From Mycolicibacterium smegmatis (lineage in GTDB: Bacteria > Actinomycetota > Actinomycetes > Mycobacteriales > Mycobacteriaceae): a stretch of 32,000 bases of DNA. Position 1 is the stretch's first letter. Every line of letters starts with the position of its first letter. The notes below the pieces were generated by a model. It did no database searches. It was not told the origin of the DNA and worked only from the letters and a program-made list of their open reading frames with translations. Below are positions 1 through 8,576 of the stretch, piece after piece. A program made the translations under genes and the position numbers. The DNA lies in contig NZ_LN831039.1 of assembly GCF_001457595.1 (NCBI RefSeq), positions 5,670,001 to 5,702,000 on the forward strand, written 5' to 3'.

Positions 1-193
1 CGGGCGGCACCACCACCTCGATGCGCACGAGGCCGTTGGCTTTGGCTTTCGCCACCAGCCGGCCGGCGGTCGGTCGGGAGACGCCGAGCCGCGAAGCGAT
101 CTCGGCCTGCGTGAGGCCGTCCAGGTAATACAGCGTCGCCGCGCGGAGCGCGAGCCGCAGATCCTCCGGTGTCGGTTCGGGCACTTTCACCAC
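1..193 (-). CDS. SorC/DeoR-type sugar-binding transcriptional regulator, N-terminal part only (runs off the window start)
   Basis: Reverse-strand translation VKVPEPTPEDLRLALRAATLYYLDGLTQAEIASRLGVSRPTAGRLVAKAKANGLVRIEVVVPP has a helix-turn-helix typical of SorC/DeoR regulators; divergent from a polyol dehydrogenase gene. Start is GTG at 190 or 193. Confidence 0.75.
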   Translation of the reverse strand, partial: MVKVPEPTPEDLRLALRAATLYYLDGLTQAEIASRLGVSRPTAGRLVAKAKANGLVRIEVVVPP

Positions 194-202
194 TTTCTGA
201 CC

Positions 203-218
203 GTGAACACTTGCTCAC
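203..218. promoter_or_regulatory. Operator-like palindrome GTGAaCAcTTGcTCAC in the divergent promoter region
   Basis: 16-bp near-palindrome (GTGAnCAnnTGnTCAC, 12/16 symmetric) between the regulator and the dehydrogenase gene. Confidence 0.45.
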
Positions 219-247
219 GGGTGCGAGTAGATGCTCAACACGCTAAC

Positions 248-1684
248 ATGAGGGGTGTGACGTACACAACACCTCCGACGAAGCTCTCGTCGTCGACACT
301 CGAGCAGCTGACGATCCCCCACCCCAGCTACGACCGTGCAAAGGTGCAGATCGGCATCGTCCATTTCGGTGTCGGCGGGTTCCACCGCGCTCACCAGGCG
401 ATGTACGTCGACAAGCTGCTCGAGATGGGCCTGGCGTCCGAGTGGGGCATCTGCGGGGTCGGGTTGCTGGCGAACGACCGCCGGATGGCCGAGGTGATGG
501 AGGCCCAGGACGGGCTCTACACACTGTTGCTCGAACATCCCGACGGCCACCGCGAGGCGCGGGTGATCGGGTCGATCGTCGACTACCGGTACGCACCCGA
601 CGATCAAGAAGGTGTCATCGAACTGCTGGCCGCACCGACCACCAAGATCATCTCGATGACCATCACCGAGGGCGGCTACTACATCGACTCGGCCCCCGAG
701 ATCAACGTGTTCGGCCTGGTCACCGAGGCCCTCGTGCGCCGGCGCGACCGCGGCATCGGCTCACCGACCATAGTGTCGTGCGACAACATCGAGGGCAACG
801 GCGACGTCGCCCGCAAGGCGTTCACCACCTACGCCGAGCGTGTCCATCCCGGTCTGGGCGAATGGATGTCCGCCAACACCCGTTTTCCCAATTCGATGGT
901 CGACCGCATCACGCCTGTGACAACTCCCGAGGTGATCAGCACCGTCGAGCGCGAGTTCGGCGTGGCCGATCAGTGGCCCGTGGTGGCCGAACCGTTCACC
1001 ACGTGGGTGCTGGAGGACTCGTTCTCCGACGGCCGACCGCCGTATGAAGAGGTCGGCGTGATGGTCGTCGACGACGTCACGCCGTATGAGCTCATGAAGT
1101 TGCGCCTGCTCAACGCGAGCCATCAGGCCCTGTGCTACTTCGGGTACCTGGCCGGCTACCGGCTGGTGCACGACGCCGCGAGCGACCCGCTGTTCGCCGA
1201 TTTCCTGCTGGCGTACATGGATTCCGAGGCCACACCCACCCTGCAACCCGTGCCCGGCATCGACCTCGACGAGTACAAGCACACACTGATCGAGCGGTTC
1301 GCCAATCCCGGCGTGCGCGACACCATCGCGCGCCTGTGCTACGGATCCTCCGACCGCATCCCGAAGTGGCTGGTGCCCGTCATCCGCGAGAACCTCAAGA
1401 CCGGTGCGCCCATCCGCCTGTCCGCGGCCGTGGTGGCAAGTTGGGCACGCTACGCCGAAGGCGTAGACGAACAGGGCGAACCCATCAACGTCGAAGATCA
1501 ACTCGCCGACACCCTGGTGCCGATCGCCCTCAGCCAGCGTGAGCATCCGACGGCGTTCATCGAGAACACCGAGGTGTTCGGCGACCTCGCGTCGTCGCAG
1601 CGGTTCGTCGACGAGTATCTGTGGGCACTGGATTCGCTACACCGCCACGGGGCGCGGGCCACCCTGGAATCATTGCGCTCATGA
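248..1684 (+). CDS. Mannitol dehydrogenase family (polyol/fructuronate) oxidoreductase
   Basis: FGVGGFHRAHQAMYVDKLLEMG motif and whole-length family resemblance. The ORF opens at 203, but ATG 248 or GTG 257 is a more plausible start because 203 lies in the operator-like palindrome. Confidence 0.88.
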   Translation: MRGVTYTTPPTKLSSSTLEQLTIPHPSYDRAKVQIGIVHFGVGGFHRAHQAMYVDKLLEMGLASEWGICGVGLLANDRRMAEVMEAQDGLYTLLLEHPDGHREARVIGSIVDYRYAPDDQEGVIELLAAPTTKIISMTITEGGYYIDSAPEINVFGLVTEALVRRRDRGIGSPTIVSCDNIEGNGDVARKAFTTYAERVHPGLGEWMSANTRFPNSMVDRITPVTTPEVISTVEREFGVADQWPVVAEPFTTWVLEDSFSDGRPPYEEVGVMVVDDVTPYELMKLRLLNASHQALCYFGYLAGYRLVHDAASDPLFADFLLAYMDSEATPTLQPVPGIDLDEYKHTLIERFANPGVRDTIARLCYGSSDRIPKWLVPVIRENLKTGAPIRLSAAVVASWARYAEGVDEQGEPINVEDQLADTLVPIALSQREHPTAFIENTEVFGDLASSQRFVDEYLWALDSLHRHGARATLESLRS

Positions 1685-2601
1685 GCCGTGCTCTGGTCAT
1701 CGGTGAGGCACTGATCGACATCGTCGAGCGAGAAGGGCAGGTCGTCGGCGAGCACGTCGGCGGCAGCCCGCTCAACGTCGCAGTCGGGCTCGGCCGGTTG
1801 GGCCGCGACGTCGACTTCCTCACCCACATCGCCGATGACCCCCGCGGCCGGCGCATCGTCGATTACCTGAAAGCCTCTGGCGTGCAGCTTGTTCCGGGAT
1901 CGACATCGGCCAAGAAGACGCCGACGGCGCAGGCCAGGCTCGACGCCGCAGGCTCGGCCACCTACGAGTTCGACATCGACTGGCAGCTCGCGGGCACGGC
2001 CGAGGTCGCCCCGCCGATCGTCGCGCACTCCGGTTCGATCGCCACGGTGCTCGAACCCGGGTGCCGCGCCGCCGCGGCGCTGCTGGATGCCTACCACCTG
2101 TCGGCCACCATCACGTTCGACCCGAACGTGCGGCCTGCACTGATCTCCGACGGCGAGACCGCGCGCCGGCGCATCGAGCGCCTGGTCGAGCGCGCCGACG
2201 TCGTCAAGGTCAGCGACGAGGACCTGCGCTGGCTCGACTCACGCCGCTCCCCCGAGCAGATCGCCAAGACCTGGCTGAGCATGGGCCCCTCGATCGTCGC
2301 CGTCACGGCGGGCGGCGAGGGCTCGTTCGCGGTGTGCGGCGCCGGGATGGTCCGGGTGCCCGCACGAACCGTCGAGGTCATCGACACCGTCGGTGCGGGC
2401 GACGCGTTCATGACCGGACTGCTCGACGCGCTGTGGTCACTCGACCTGCTGGGCGCCGACAGGCGACGCAACCTGGCCCACATCAGCACCGATGCGCTCG
2501 AGCACGTGTTGTCGACGGCCGCGCTGACCTCGGCACTCACCGTCGCCAAGGCCGGCGCCGATCTTCCCGATCGCGACGCTTTGCGGGCCGCGCAGCAGTA
2601 G
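1681..2601 (+). CDS. PfkB-family carbohydrate kinase (fructokinase-like)
   Basis: VIGEALIDIV, GGSPLNVAVGLGRLG and DTVGAGDAFMTGLLDAL motifs; ATGA overlap with the upstream dehydrogenase. Confidence 0.9.
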   Translation: MSRALVIGEALIDIVEREGQVVGEHVGGSPLNVAVGLGRLGRDVDFLTHIADDPRGRRIVDYLKASGVQLVPGSTSAKKTPTAQARLDAAGSATYEFDIDWQLAGTAEVAPPIVAHSGSIATVLEPGCRAAAALLDAYHLSATITFDPNVRPALISDGETARRRIERLVERADVVKVSDEDLRWLDSRRSPEQIAKTWLSMGPSIVAVTAGGEGSFAVCGAGMVRVPARTVEVIDTVGAGDAFMTGLLDALWSLDLLGADRRRNLAHISTDALEHVLSTAALTSALTVAKAGADLPDRDALRAAQQ

Positions 2602-2637
2602 GCCCCCGAGTCGCCTCGGGGGCCTACCGGTCGGCGG

Positions 2638-3933
2638 TCAGTCCTCGCTTCCCGCGCTGTCCTTCGACGACGACGAGGCTTTGGAGTCGGCCTTCTTCTT
2701 GCCCTTCACACCCAGCGCCTTCTTGACGCCGTCGCCGATCTTCTTGACGGTCTTGTTGACCTCGTCCCCGATCGACTTCAGCGCCGCCTCGGCCCGCTGC
2801 CCCGGCCTGGCCTTGTCACCGGCCGTGGTGGTCGGAGAGAACTTGTTGCCAAGTGTCACAAGCGGTTTCTTCGACTTCTCGACCGGCTTCTCGGACTTCT
2901 CCGGTTCGGTCTCGGTGCCGGTCCCGGTCGTTGCATCATCCTCAGCATCAGCGCTCTTGGCGGCGATCGCCTGGATGCCGTTGCCCTCTGTCGTCCCCGA
3001 TTCCGTCGTGGACTTGGTGACCTCGCCGAGTTCACCATCCTCGTCGACGGTGAAGGTGAACGAGTTCACCTCGGGCGCGGACTCCATCTTCGCTCCAACC
3101 AGTGTGCTGACGGCCGGTGGCTGGATCGCATCCGCGATCGACTGCCGGACAGTGAGCAGGCTCGGTATCAGCCCGAGCTCGCTACCGAGCAGCCCGCTGT
3201 TGCCGATGGTGGGGTTGCCGTTGAGAATTGTTCCCGCCATGTCGGAGGGGAAACTGATGAGGGCGTTGGCCACGGCCTCGAGATCACCGGCGGTCACACC
3301 GTCGTAGACACCCTGCGCGGTGAGTCCGACTTGGAGGATCGGCGACAGGGCCTCGAACAGAATTGGCAGCCCAGCACCGATCAGCGTCGGTACGCTCACC
3401 ACCGTCCCCACGACATTGGCGGCGTTGAGGAACGGATTCTGCAGGACAGCGCTGATGTCGTCGAGCTGCCCCAGCGCTCCCAGTGCGCCCTCCACCACCG
3501 GCGTGAGGATCGCGATAGCGTAATTCTCGACGCCACTGTAGATCTCGCCGGCAAGAATCTGCTCGACCGCGGATTGGAGCGCGGCAGGGACGCCTCCCGC
3601 GCTCGCCACGAATCCTTCGCCGAACAACGCGACGAACGAGGTGAGGACATCGGCGGTGATGAGCTGGTTGTCGATGACCTTATGGGCGATCGGTATCGGG
3701 TTCTCCAGGACAGTGTTGGCGATGGCGCCGGTGTTCGCGATCGCTTGGCTGATGACCGCAGACCACAGTTCGATCGGATTGACCAGGGCCGTCATTTCCA
3801 CTGCCGGAGTGGCACTTTGAATGACCGGCGCAGCGATGACGTCGGGCACTGGTTGGATCGGTGCCGCGACCAGAGCACCAGCGCCGATGATGGCGGCACC
3901 GGCCAAGAGGCGCGAGCGAGCTGCTACTTCCAT
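2638..3933 (-). CDS. Secreted mycobacterial protein of unknown function with a Lys/Ser-rich C-terminal tail
   Basis: Signal-peptide-like start MEVAARSRLLAGAAIIGAGALVAAPI; tail KVKGKKKADSKASSSSKDSAGSED. The longer ORF to 4125 has an unlikely N-terminus. Confidence 0.7.
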   Translation of the reverse strand: MEVAARSRLLAGAAIIGAGALVAAPIQPVPDVIAAPVIQSATPAVEMTALVNPIELWSAVISQAIANTGAIANTVLENPIPIAHKVIDNQLITADVLTSFVALFGEGFVASAGGVPAALQSAVEQILAGEIYSGVENYAIAILTPVVEGALGALGQLDDISAVLQNPFLNAANVVGTVVSVPTLIGAGLPILFEALSPILQVGLTAQGVYDGVTAGDLEAVANALISFPSDMAGTILNGNPTIGNSGLLGSELGLIPSLLTVRQSIADAIQPPAVSTLVGAKMESAPEVNSFTFTVDEDGELGEVTKSTTESGTTEGNGIQAIAAKSADAEDDATTGTGTETEPEKSEKPVEKSKKPLVTLGNKFSPTTTAGDKARPGQRAEAALKSIGDEVNKTVKKIGDGVKKALGVKGKKKADSKASSSSKDSAGSED

Positions 3934-4175
3934 GAAGATCCCTTCATAGGCTGTTCGGATGTGAGCCCGGGCACAGCGAAAGCTACCTGAGAAGAACCTG
4001 AGCGAATCCGACTTGCCCGAACGCTCACGCAACTGCCGACTGGTCATCGACCGGCGCAACATCAATGCATTCAAGAATGCGCTGATCGTGATGCGTGCCG
4101 GTTCGATCAGGCACATAAGTGGCACGTTCGGACAGTTTCAGAGCGAAAATATCGTGGACGACAATTGAAACAAGT

Positions 4176-4646
4176 TCACGAGCGCCTTGGTCCCCTCAAT
4201 CCCTCACTGATTCGGCGTCCGTTGTCGCCGACGGCGAGCATCTGTCTGCGCGTCAGCGGGTTGAGGTAGTTCAACCGGACAAAGCGGGCGTAGGTTGCGA
4301 GCGCCGGCTTCAGCCGGCGACAACCGGCAGGGGTCAGCGTCACCGTGACCCCGCGCCGGTCCTTCGAACTGACGCCGCGACGCACCAGCCCGGCCTCTTC
4401 CAGACGGGCGATTTGGCCGGTCGCCGTGCTGGGCGGCGCAGTGAGCTCGTCGGCGATATCACCGACACGAGCGGATCCGTTCCCGGACTTCGCGAGCAGA
4501 TCCAGCAGCTGGACGTCGGGCAGGGTCATGTCGTGACAACTCATGAGTTGCCGGTTGAGTTCGTCGAGAATCAACGTCGTCGATTCCAGGAAATGCGCCC
4601 ACGTCCTGTTCTCGTCTTTGTCGAGACCGGGCAGAGAATCCGTCAA
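4176..4646 (-). CDS. MarR-family transcriptional regulator
   Basis: MTLPDVQLLDLLAKS...TATGQIARLEEAGLVRRGVSSKDRRGVTVTLTPAG is characteristic of the MarR winged helix. Confidence 0.88.
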   Translation of the reverse strand: MTDSLPGLDKDENRTWAHFLESTTLILDELNRQLMSCHDMTLPDVQLLDLLAKSGNGSARVGDIADELTAPPSTATGQIARLEEAGLVRRGVSSKDRRGVTVTLTPAGCRRLKPALATYARFVRLNYLNPLTRRQMLAVGDNGRRISEGLRGPRRS

Positions 4647-4659
4647 TCCCCTACCGCCT

Positions 4660-4673
4660 TAGAACGTGTTCCA
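4660..4673. promoter_or_regulatory. KstR-consensus palindrome TAGAACGTGTTCCA
   Basis: Exact match to TnnAACnnGTTnnA, 14 bp upstream of the MarR start codon. Confidence 0.6.
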
Positions 4674-4832
4674 CCGCACAAACAGGTCCAGGAGCTCACG
4701 GGGCGGGATGGTATGACGGGTGCGTCAGTTATGAATCGAAAATTCGTGAAGTGGCCGAGCACGACAGTTTCCGGGCGCGCCGGGCCGGGTAAAGACGGCG
4801 GGATGAACCGTGCGGTAGGCCATACTGGCCTT

Positions 4833-5789
4833 ATGCGATCCATCTGGAAGGGTTCGATCGCCTTCGGCCTGGTGAACGTGCCGGTCAAGGTCTACAGCGC
4901 GACCGAGGACCACGACATCAAGTTCCATCAGGTCCACGCCAAGGACAACGGGCGCATTCGCTACAAGCGCGTGTGCGAAGTCTGCGGCGAGGTCGTCGAG
5001 TACCGCGACATCAACAAGGCCTTCGAATCCGACGACGGCCAGATGGTCGTGATCACCGACGAGGACATCGCGACGCTACCCGAGGAACGCAGCCGTGAGA
5101 TCGAGGTCGTCGAGTTCATCCCGGCCGAGCAGCTCGATCCGCTGATGTACGACAAGAGCTACTTCCTTGAGCCCGATTCGAAATCGTCGAAGTCGTACGT
5201 GCTGCTCGCCAAGACGCTCGCTGAGACCGACCGGATCGCGATCGTGCACTTCTCGCTGCGCAACAAGTCCAGGCTGGCGGCGCTGCGTGTCAAGGACTTC
5301 AGCAAGCGCGACGTCATGATGATCCACACGCTGCTGTGGCCCGACGAGATCCGCGATCCCGATTTCCCGATCCTCGACAAGGAAGTGCAGATCAAACCGG
5401 CCGAGCTCAAGATGGCCGGGCAGGTCGTCGAATCGATGACCGACGACTTCAAACCCGACCTGTACCACGACGACTATCAGGAGCAACTGCGCGAGCTGGT
5501 TCAGGCGAAACTGGAAGGCGGCGAGGCCTTCTCGGTCGAAGAGCAGCCTGCCGAACTCGACGAGGGCACCGAGGACGTCTCCGATCTGCTGGCCAAGCTC
5601 GAGGCCAGCGTCAAGGCGCGCAAGGGTGGCAAGTCGGACTCAAAGGACGACTCCGATTCCGAGTCCGATTCGAAGGAATCCAAGTCGGATTCCAAGCCCG
5701 CCAAAAAGGCCCCCGCGAAGAAGGCGGCCGCCATGAAATCCACGGCCAAGAAGGCGCCCGCCAAGAAGGCAGCTGCGAAGAAGTCGTAG
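4833..5789 (+). CDS. ku: Non-homologous end-joining protein Ku
   Basis: MRSIWKGSIAFGLVNVPVKVYSATEDHDIKFHQVHAKDNGRIRYKRVCE... is classic bacterial Ku; Lys/Ala-rich C-terminal extension typical of mycobacterial Ku. The ORF opens further upstream (4119), but 4833 is the recognised start. Confidence 0.97.
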   Translation: MRSIWKGSIAFGLVNVPVKVYSATEDHDIKFHQVHAKDNGRIRYKRVCEVCGEVVEYRDINKAFESDDGQMVVITDEDIATLPEERSREIEVVEFIPAEQLDPLMYDKSYFLEPDSKSSKSYVLLAKTLAETDRIAIVHFSLRNKSRLAALRVKDFSKRDVMMIHTLLWPDEIRDPDFPILDKEVQIKPAELKMAGQVVESMTDDFKPDLYHDDYQEQLRELVQAKLEGGEAFSVEEQPAELDEGTEDVSDLLAKLEASVKARKGGKSDSKDDSDSESDSKESKSDSKPAKKAPAKKAAAMKSTAKKAPAKKAAAKKS

Positions 5790-5800
5790 ATCGTCGTAAC

Positions 5801-6523
5801 TCAGGGCACCTTCGCATCGGCGTTCTGCCGGATGCGGACCCATGGCCACGTCATCAATGCCCACACGGCGACGACAATCGTCACTTCGACCAGCAGATAG
5901 AACGGCCACGGCCCCAGCGCGTCCAGGATCGAGGCCGTCGGCGGCTTGCCGTTGAGATAGCCGTAGTTGGTTCCGGCGATCGTGTTGAACGTGAACGTCA
6001 CCGCGAACCAGGCCAGGGTGACGATCACCGCGAAGCGCCAATCCCGCCACCGCAGGCTCGCCCGTCGCCCCCAGGTCAGATAGATGGCCGACCAAACGAC
6101 CAGCACGTGCAGCACGAAGAACGTGATGAACAGATGGTGTGGGAAGTCCGGTGCGCCTTCCTCGGCCGTGCCGACGTCAGGTGTGAGCAACGCCTGCGAG
6201 CTGAGCACCAGGCCCCAGTAGTACGTGAGCACGAAAGCCCAATGTCGCTGCGACCAGAGCGCGTACGCCGCCACGAGTTCCGCGACGTCACACAGTTGCA
6301 GCGGTACCGACGTGTCGAGGTGGGGTCGCGCCAGCTTGTAGGCCAGCGCCACTGCAAATGTGGCGATCAGTAGCACCGCGAGCACTCGGCTCAGCAGCTT
6401 GGCCTGCTGTTCTGTCTGCCTGCGTCCGGCCCACACGAGCAGGGCCGCGCCCACCACAAAGATGGCCAGCACCACCAGGTGCGACGGCCCGTACGCCGAG
6501 AACTCCTGCTCCGCAGCACTCAA
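5801..6523 (-). CDS. TIGR02206 (YwaF-like) integral membrane protein
   Basis: Multiple TM helices and the motifs FSAYGPSHL, LQLCDVAELVAAYAL and GTNYGYLNGKPP. Confidence 0.82.
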   Translation of the reverse strand: MSAAEQEFSAYGPSHLVVLAIFVVGAALLVWAGRRQTEQQAKLLSRVLAVLLIATFAVALAYKLARPHLDTSVPLQLCDVAELVAAYALWSQRHWAFVLTYYWGLVLSSQALLTPDVGTAEEGAPDFPHHLFITFFVLHVLVVWSAIYLTWGRRASLRWRDWRFAVIVTLAWFAVTFTFNTIAGTNYGYLNGKPPTASILDALGPWPFYLLVEVTIVVAVWALMTWPWVRIRQNADAKVP

Positions 6524-6595
6524 TTCGATGACCTCCGTCTCTCGATTCTTAACAACGAGAGACGCTCATCGATTCGTCCGCGCAGGGTGTGTCGC

Positions 6596-7060
6596 TCAGC
6601 CGACGTTGACGCGCAGAGTCTCGTGTTCGTCGAGGATCCGCCGCAAGGCGGCGTCCATGGGGTGCGCCGCGGACAGGTCGCGGCTGCAGCGACGGTCAAC
6701 GCCGATGACGTCGCCGGCGTGCACGTCGCAACACTCGACCTGGTCGACGAACGCGTCGAACAGCGCGGCCGGGGTCGCCAGGTAGTAGTGCGGGTGATCC
6801 GGGTGCGCGAACCGGGCGCCGTACATCAGCCCGCACTGGGTGATCATGAAGAACTCGGACGCGATGTCGACCGTCCCCAGGTCGACCTTGCTCCAGGCGT
6901 ACGCGGCATGGCGCGCTTCGGCCACCCGATCCTGGACCTCATCGGTGGACGTCATCAGGCGGTGCACGAGAACCCCACCGGTCTGCGGGTACTCGTCGAC
7001 GGCCGGTCTGAAGTAGCGCTGGAACATCGAGCCGAAGTAGTCGTAGACCTGATCGTTCAT
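6596..7060 (-). CDS. Conserved hypothetical protein
   Basis: Continuous ORF MNDQVYDYFGSMFQRYFRPAVDEYP... with coding-like composition and a Met start. Confidence 0.6.
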   Translation of the reverse strand: MNDQVYDYFGSMFQRYFRPAVDEYPQTGGVLVHRLMTSTDEVQDRVAEARHAAYAWSKVDLGTVDIASEFFMITQCGLMYGARFAHPDHPHYYLATPAALFDAFVDQVECCDVHAGDVIGVDRRCSRDLSAAHPMDAALRRILDEHETLRVNVG

Positions 7061-7112
7061 CGCGGCTCCCCACGTTGCGTTGATCCGTGGCCCAATTGTG
7101 CGCCCCGAACGG

Positions 7113-7421
7113 TCATTGCGGGGGTGGCTTGTTCCGTTCGGAAAGGTACTTTTCGTTGCGGGCGCGTTCGGCGCGGATCTGGCGGGCCCGTTGCTCTGCG
7201 CGGGTCAGTTTGCGCTGCGGCATCATCACCCCGCGCGCCGGTGAGGTTGCCCGCGGCGGTGGTGGCGGCAGTGTGGTGGTGGTGGTGTCCCACTGCGGAA
7301 ACACCCAGCGACTGCCCGGCACCGTGGTGTAGGTGCGACCACTGGGCATCGTCCACACCACCTGCCCATCGGGCAGCTGCGTATCGACGAACCCCGCCCA
7401 GAACGTCTTGATCAAATGATG
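7113..7421 (-). pseudogene. C-terminal fragment of a DUF222/HNH (13E12-family) protein
   Basis: HHLIKTFWAGFVDTQLPDGQVVWTMPSGRTYTTVPGSRWVFP matches the post-HNH region of the DUF222 family; no DUF222 or complete HNH domain directly upstream. Confidence 0.75.
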
Positions 7422-7574
7422 GTAGAGATTTGACGAAAGACATTCATGGCTCATTTGCAGGCAGGCTGGTGCTGATCGTGGGACCAGAAGCGGTCAGGTA
7501 TCTTTATCTGAGGTGGTTCGAAGTCTTAGCTTCCGCAGGTTCACGACCATGACCAACCGCAGAGCGATGGAGAC

Positions 7575-7601
7575 CCGGGTTCGAGTCCCGGCTCCGGTAC
7601 C
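7575..7601 (+). other. tRNA-like 3' fragment (T-arm plus acceptor strand)
   Basis: CCGGG-TTCGAGT-CCCGG T-arm followed by CTCCGGT-A-CC. Confidence 0.5.
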
Positions 7602-7604
7602 GAT

Positions 7605-7630
7605 GCCGGAAGTAGCTCAATAGGAAGAGC
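7605..7630 (+). other. tRNA-like 5' fragment (acceptor strand plus D-arm)
   Basis: GCCGGAAG-TA-GCTC-AATAGGAA-GAGC, with no anticodon arm downstream. Confidence 0.4.
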
Positions 7631-7645
7631 CCTCGTTTATTCTTA

Positions 7646-8503
7646 CTATTGCCAACTGGCTATTGTCCATAGCCCTAGAGTCCTGGCGGCCGACTCTAGA
7701 TCGCTTTCAGGAATGTTTACCGGCCCGTATCGGCTCCTCGCGTACCCGATAAGCGCTCGACGCCACCCGGATGAATTGCGATTATTCTTCGTGGATTCTT
7801 GGAAGTCTTGCACACACACTTCGGCCCACACTCGAACAGGTATCGTTGCCGCCAATGCGGCGCTGATATCCCGCCCGAGCTGTTTGATCACGGCAAAGGC
7901 TGAAAAGATGTGCGACGCCACAAGGACTAATTCAGCCTGCTGTACTACGTCTGAGGGCGGTTGACCATTCAATCGCTGCCATTCTTGCACCGCGGCAGGG
8001 CTCATGTTGCTGATCTGGTTCGTTAACTCCTGCTGTACCCTCCTGCCCGCATGGACGACGGCGTTTCTCATGCATCGAAGTAGCTGGAAACATTCCGTCG
8101 ATTCCGGTCGGGCGGTGTAACCGAGCGCGTTGAACAAGACCCTGTGCATACTTTTGGCAGTGATCGGTCTCGATGAACTTACGTTGACTCCCGCGCTCCG
8201 CGCGAATTCAATCGCAGATGTCACAAAGTCCTCGTGAACTGCCAACGCATATGTTATCTCCATTGACGCCAGGTGATCATCCGCAGCACTAAGGTATTTC
8301 GTTGCTGGACCAACCCGGAGGTTGAACCGATCGATGTGCTCGACCGTTGGGAAAATGTCTGCAAGCTGTTGATTTTGTGTACCGTTATTCACGATTGCGT
8401 GGTTGGCAATCCTGGAACCTGCGAGTAGTGACATTACGGCATTATTTACATCAATGCTGATCTCTTGATACTGCCGGTACTCGGGGTACTTCACCTCGTT
8501 CAT
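7646..8503 (-). CDS. Hypothetical protein with a HEPN-like R-N-x3-H motif
   Basis: LLRCMRNAVVHAGRRVQ contains RNAVVH; start MNEVKYPEYRQYQEIS chosen over the longer ORF. Located 73 bp downstream of the HNH nuclease on the same strand. Confidence 0.6.
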   Translation of the reverse strand: MNEVKYPEYRQYQEISIDVNNAVMSLLAGSRIANHAIVNNGTQNQQLADIFPTVEHIDRFNLRVGPATKYLSAADDHLASMEITYALAVHEDFVTSAIEFARSAGVNVSSSRPITAKSMHRVLFNALGYTARPESTECFQLLRCMRNAVVHAGRRVQQELTNQISNMSPAAVQEWQRLNGQPPSDVVQQAELVLVASHIFSAFAVIKQLGRDISAALAATIPVRVWAEVCVQDFQESTKNNRNSSGWRRALIGYARSRYGPVNIPESDLESAARTLGLWTIASWQ

Positions 8504-8576
8504 AGCTGCCTTCCCGGAGGAATCGGTGACCGCATGATTAAGTCGACGATTGGCCGTCGGCGGAACGAACGACCCG

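Noticed and set aside
7575-7630. Functional permuted tRNA gene
   Set aside because: Halves lack a recognisable anticodon arm, and the 5' acceptor has an extra A; reported only as tRNA-derived fragments.
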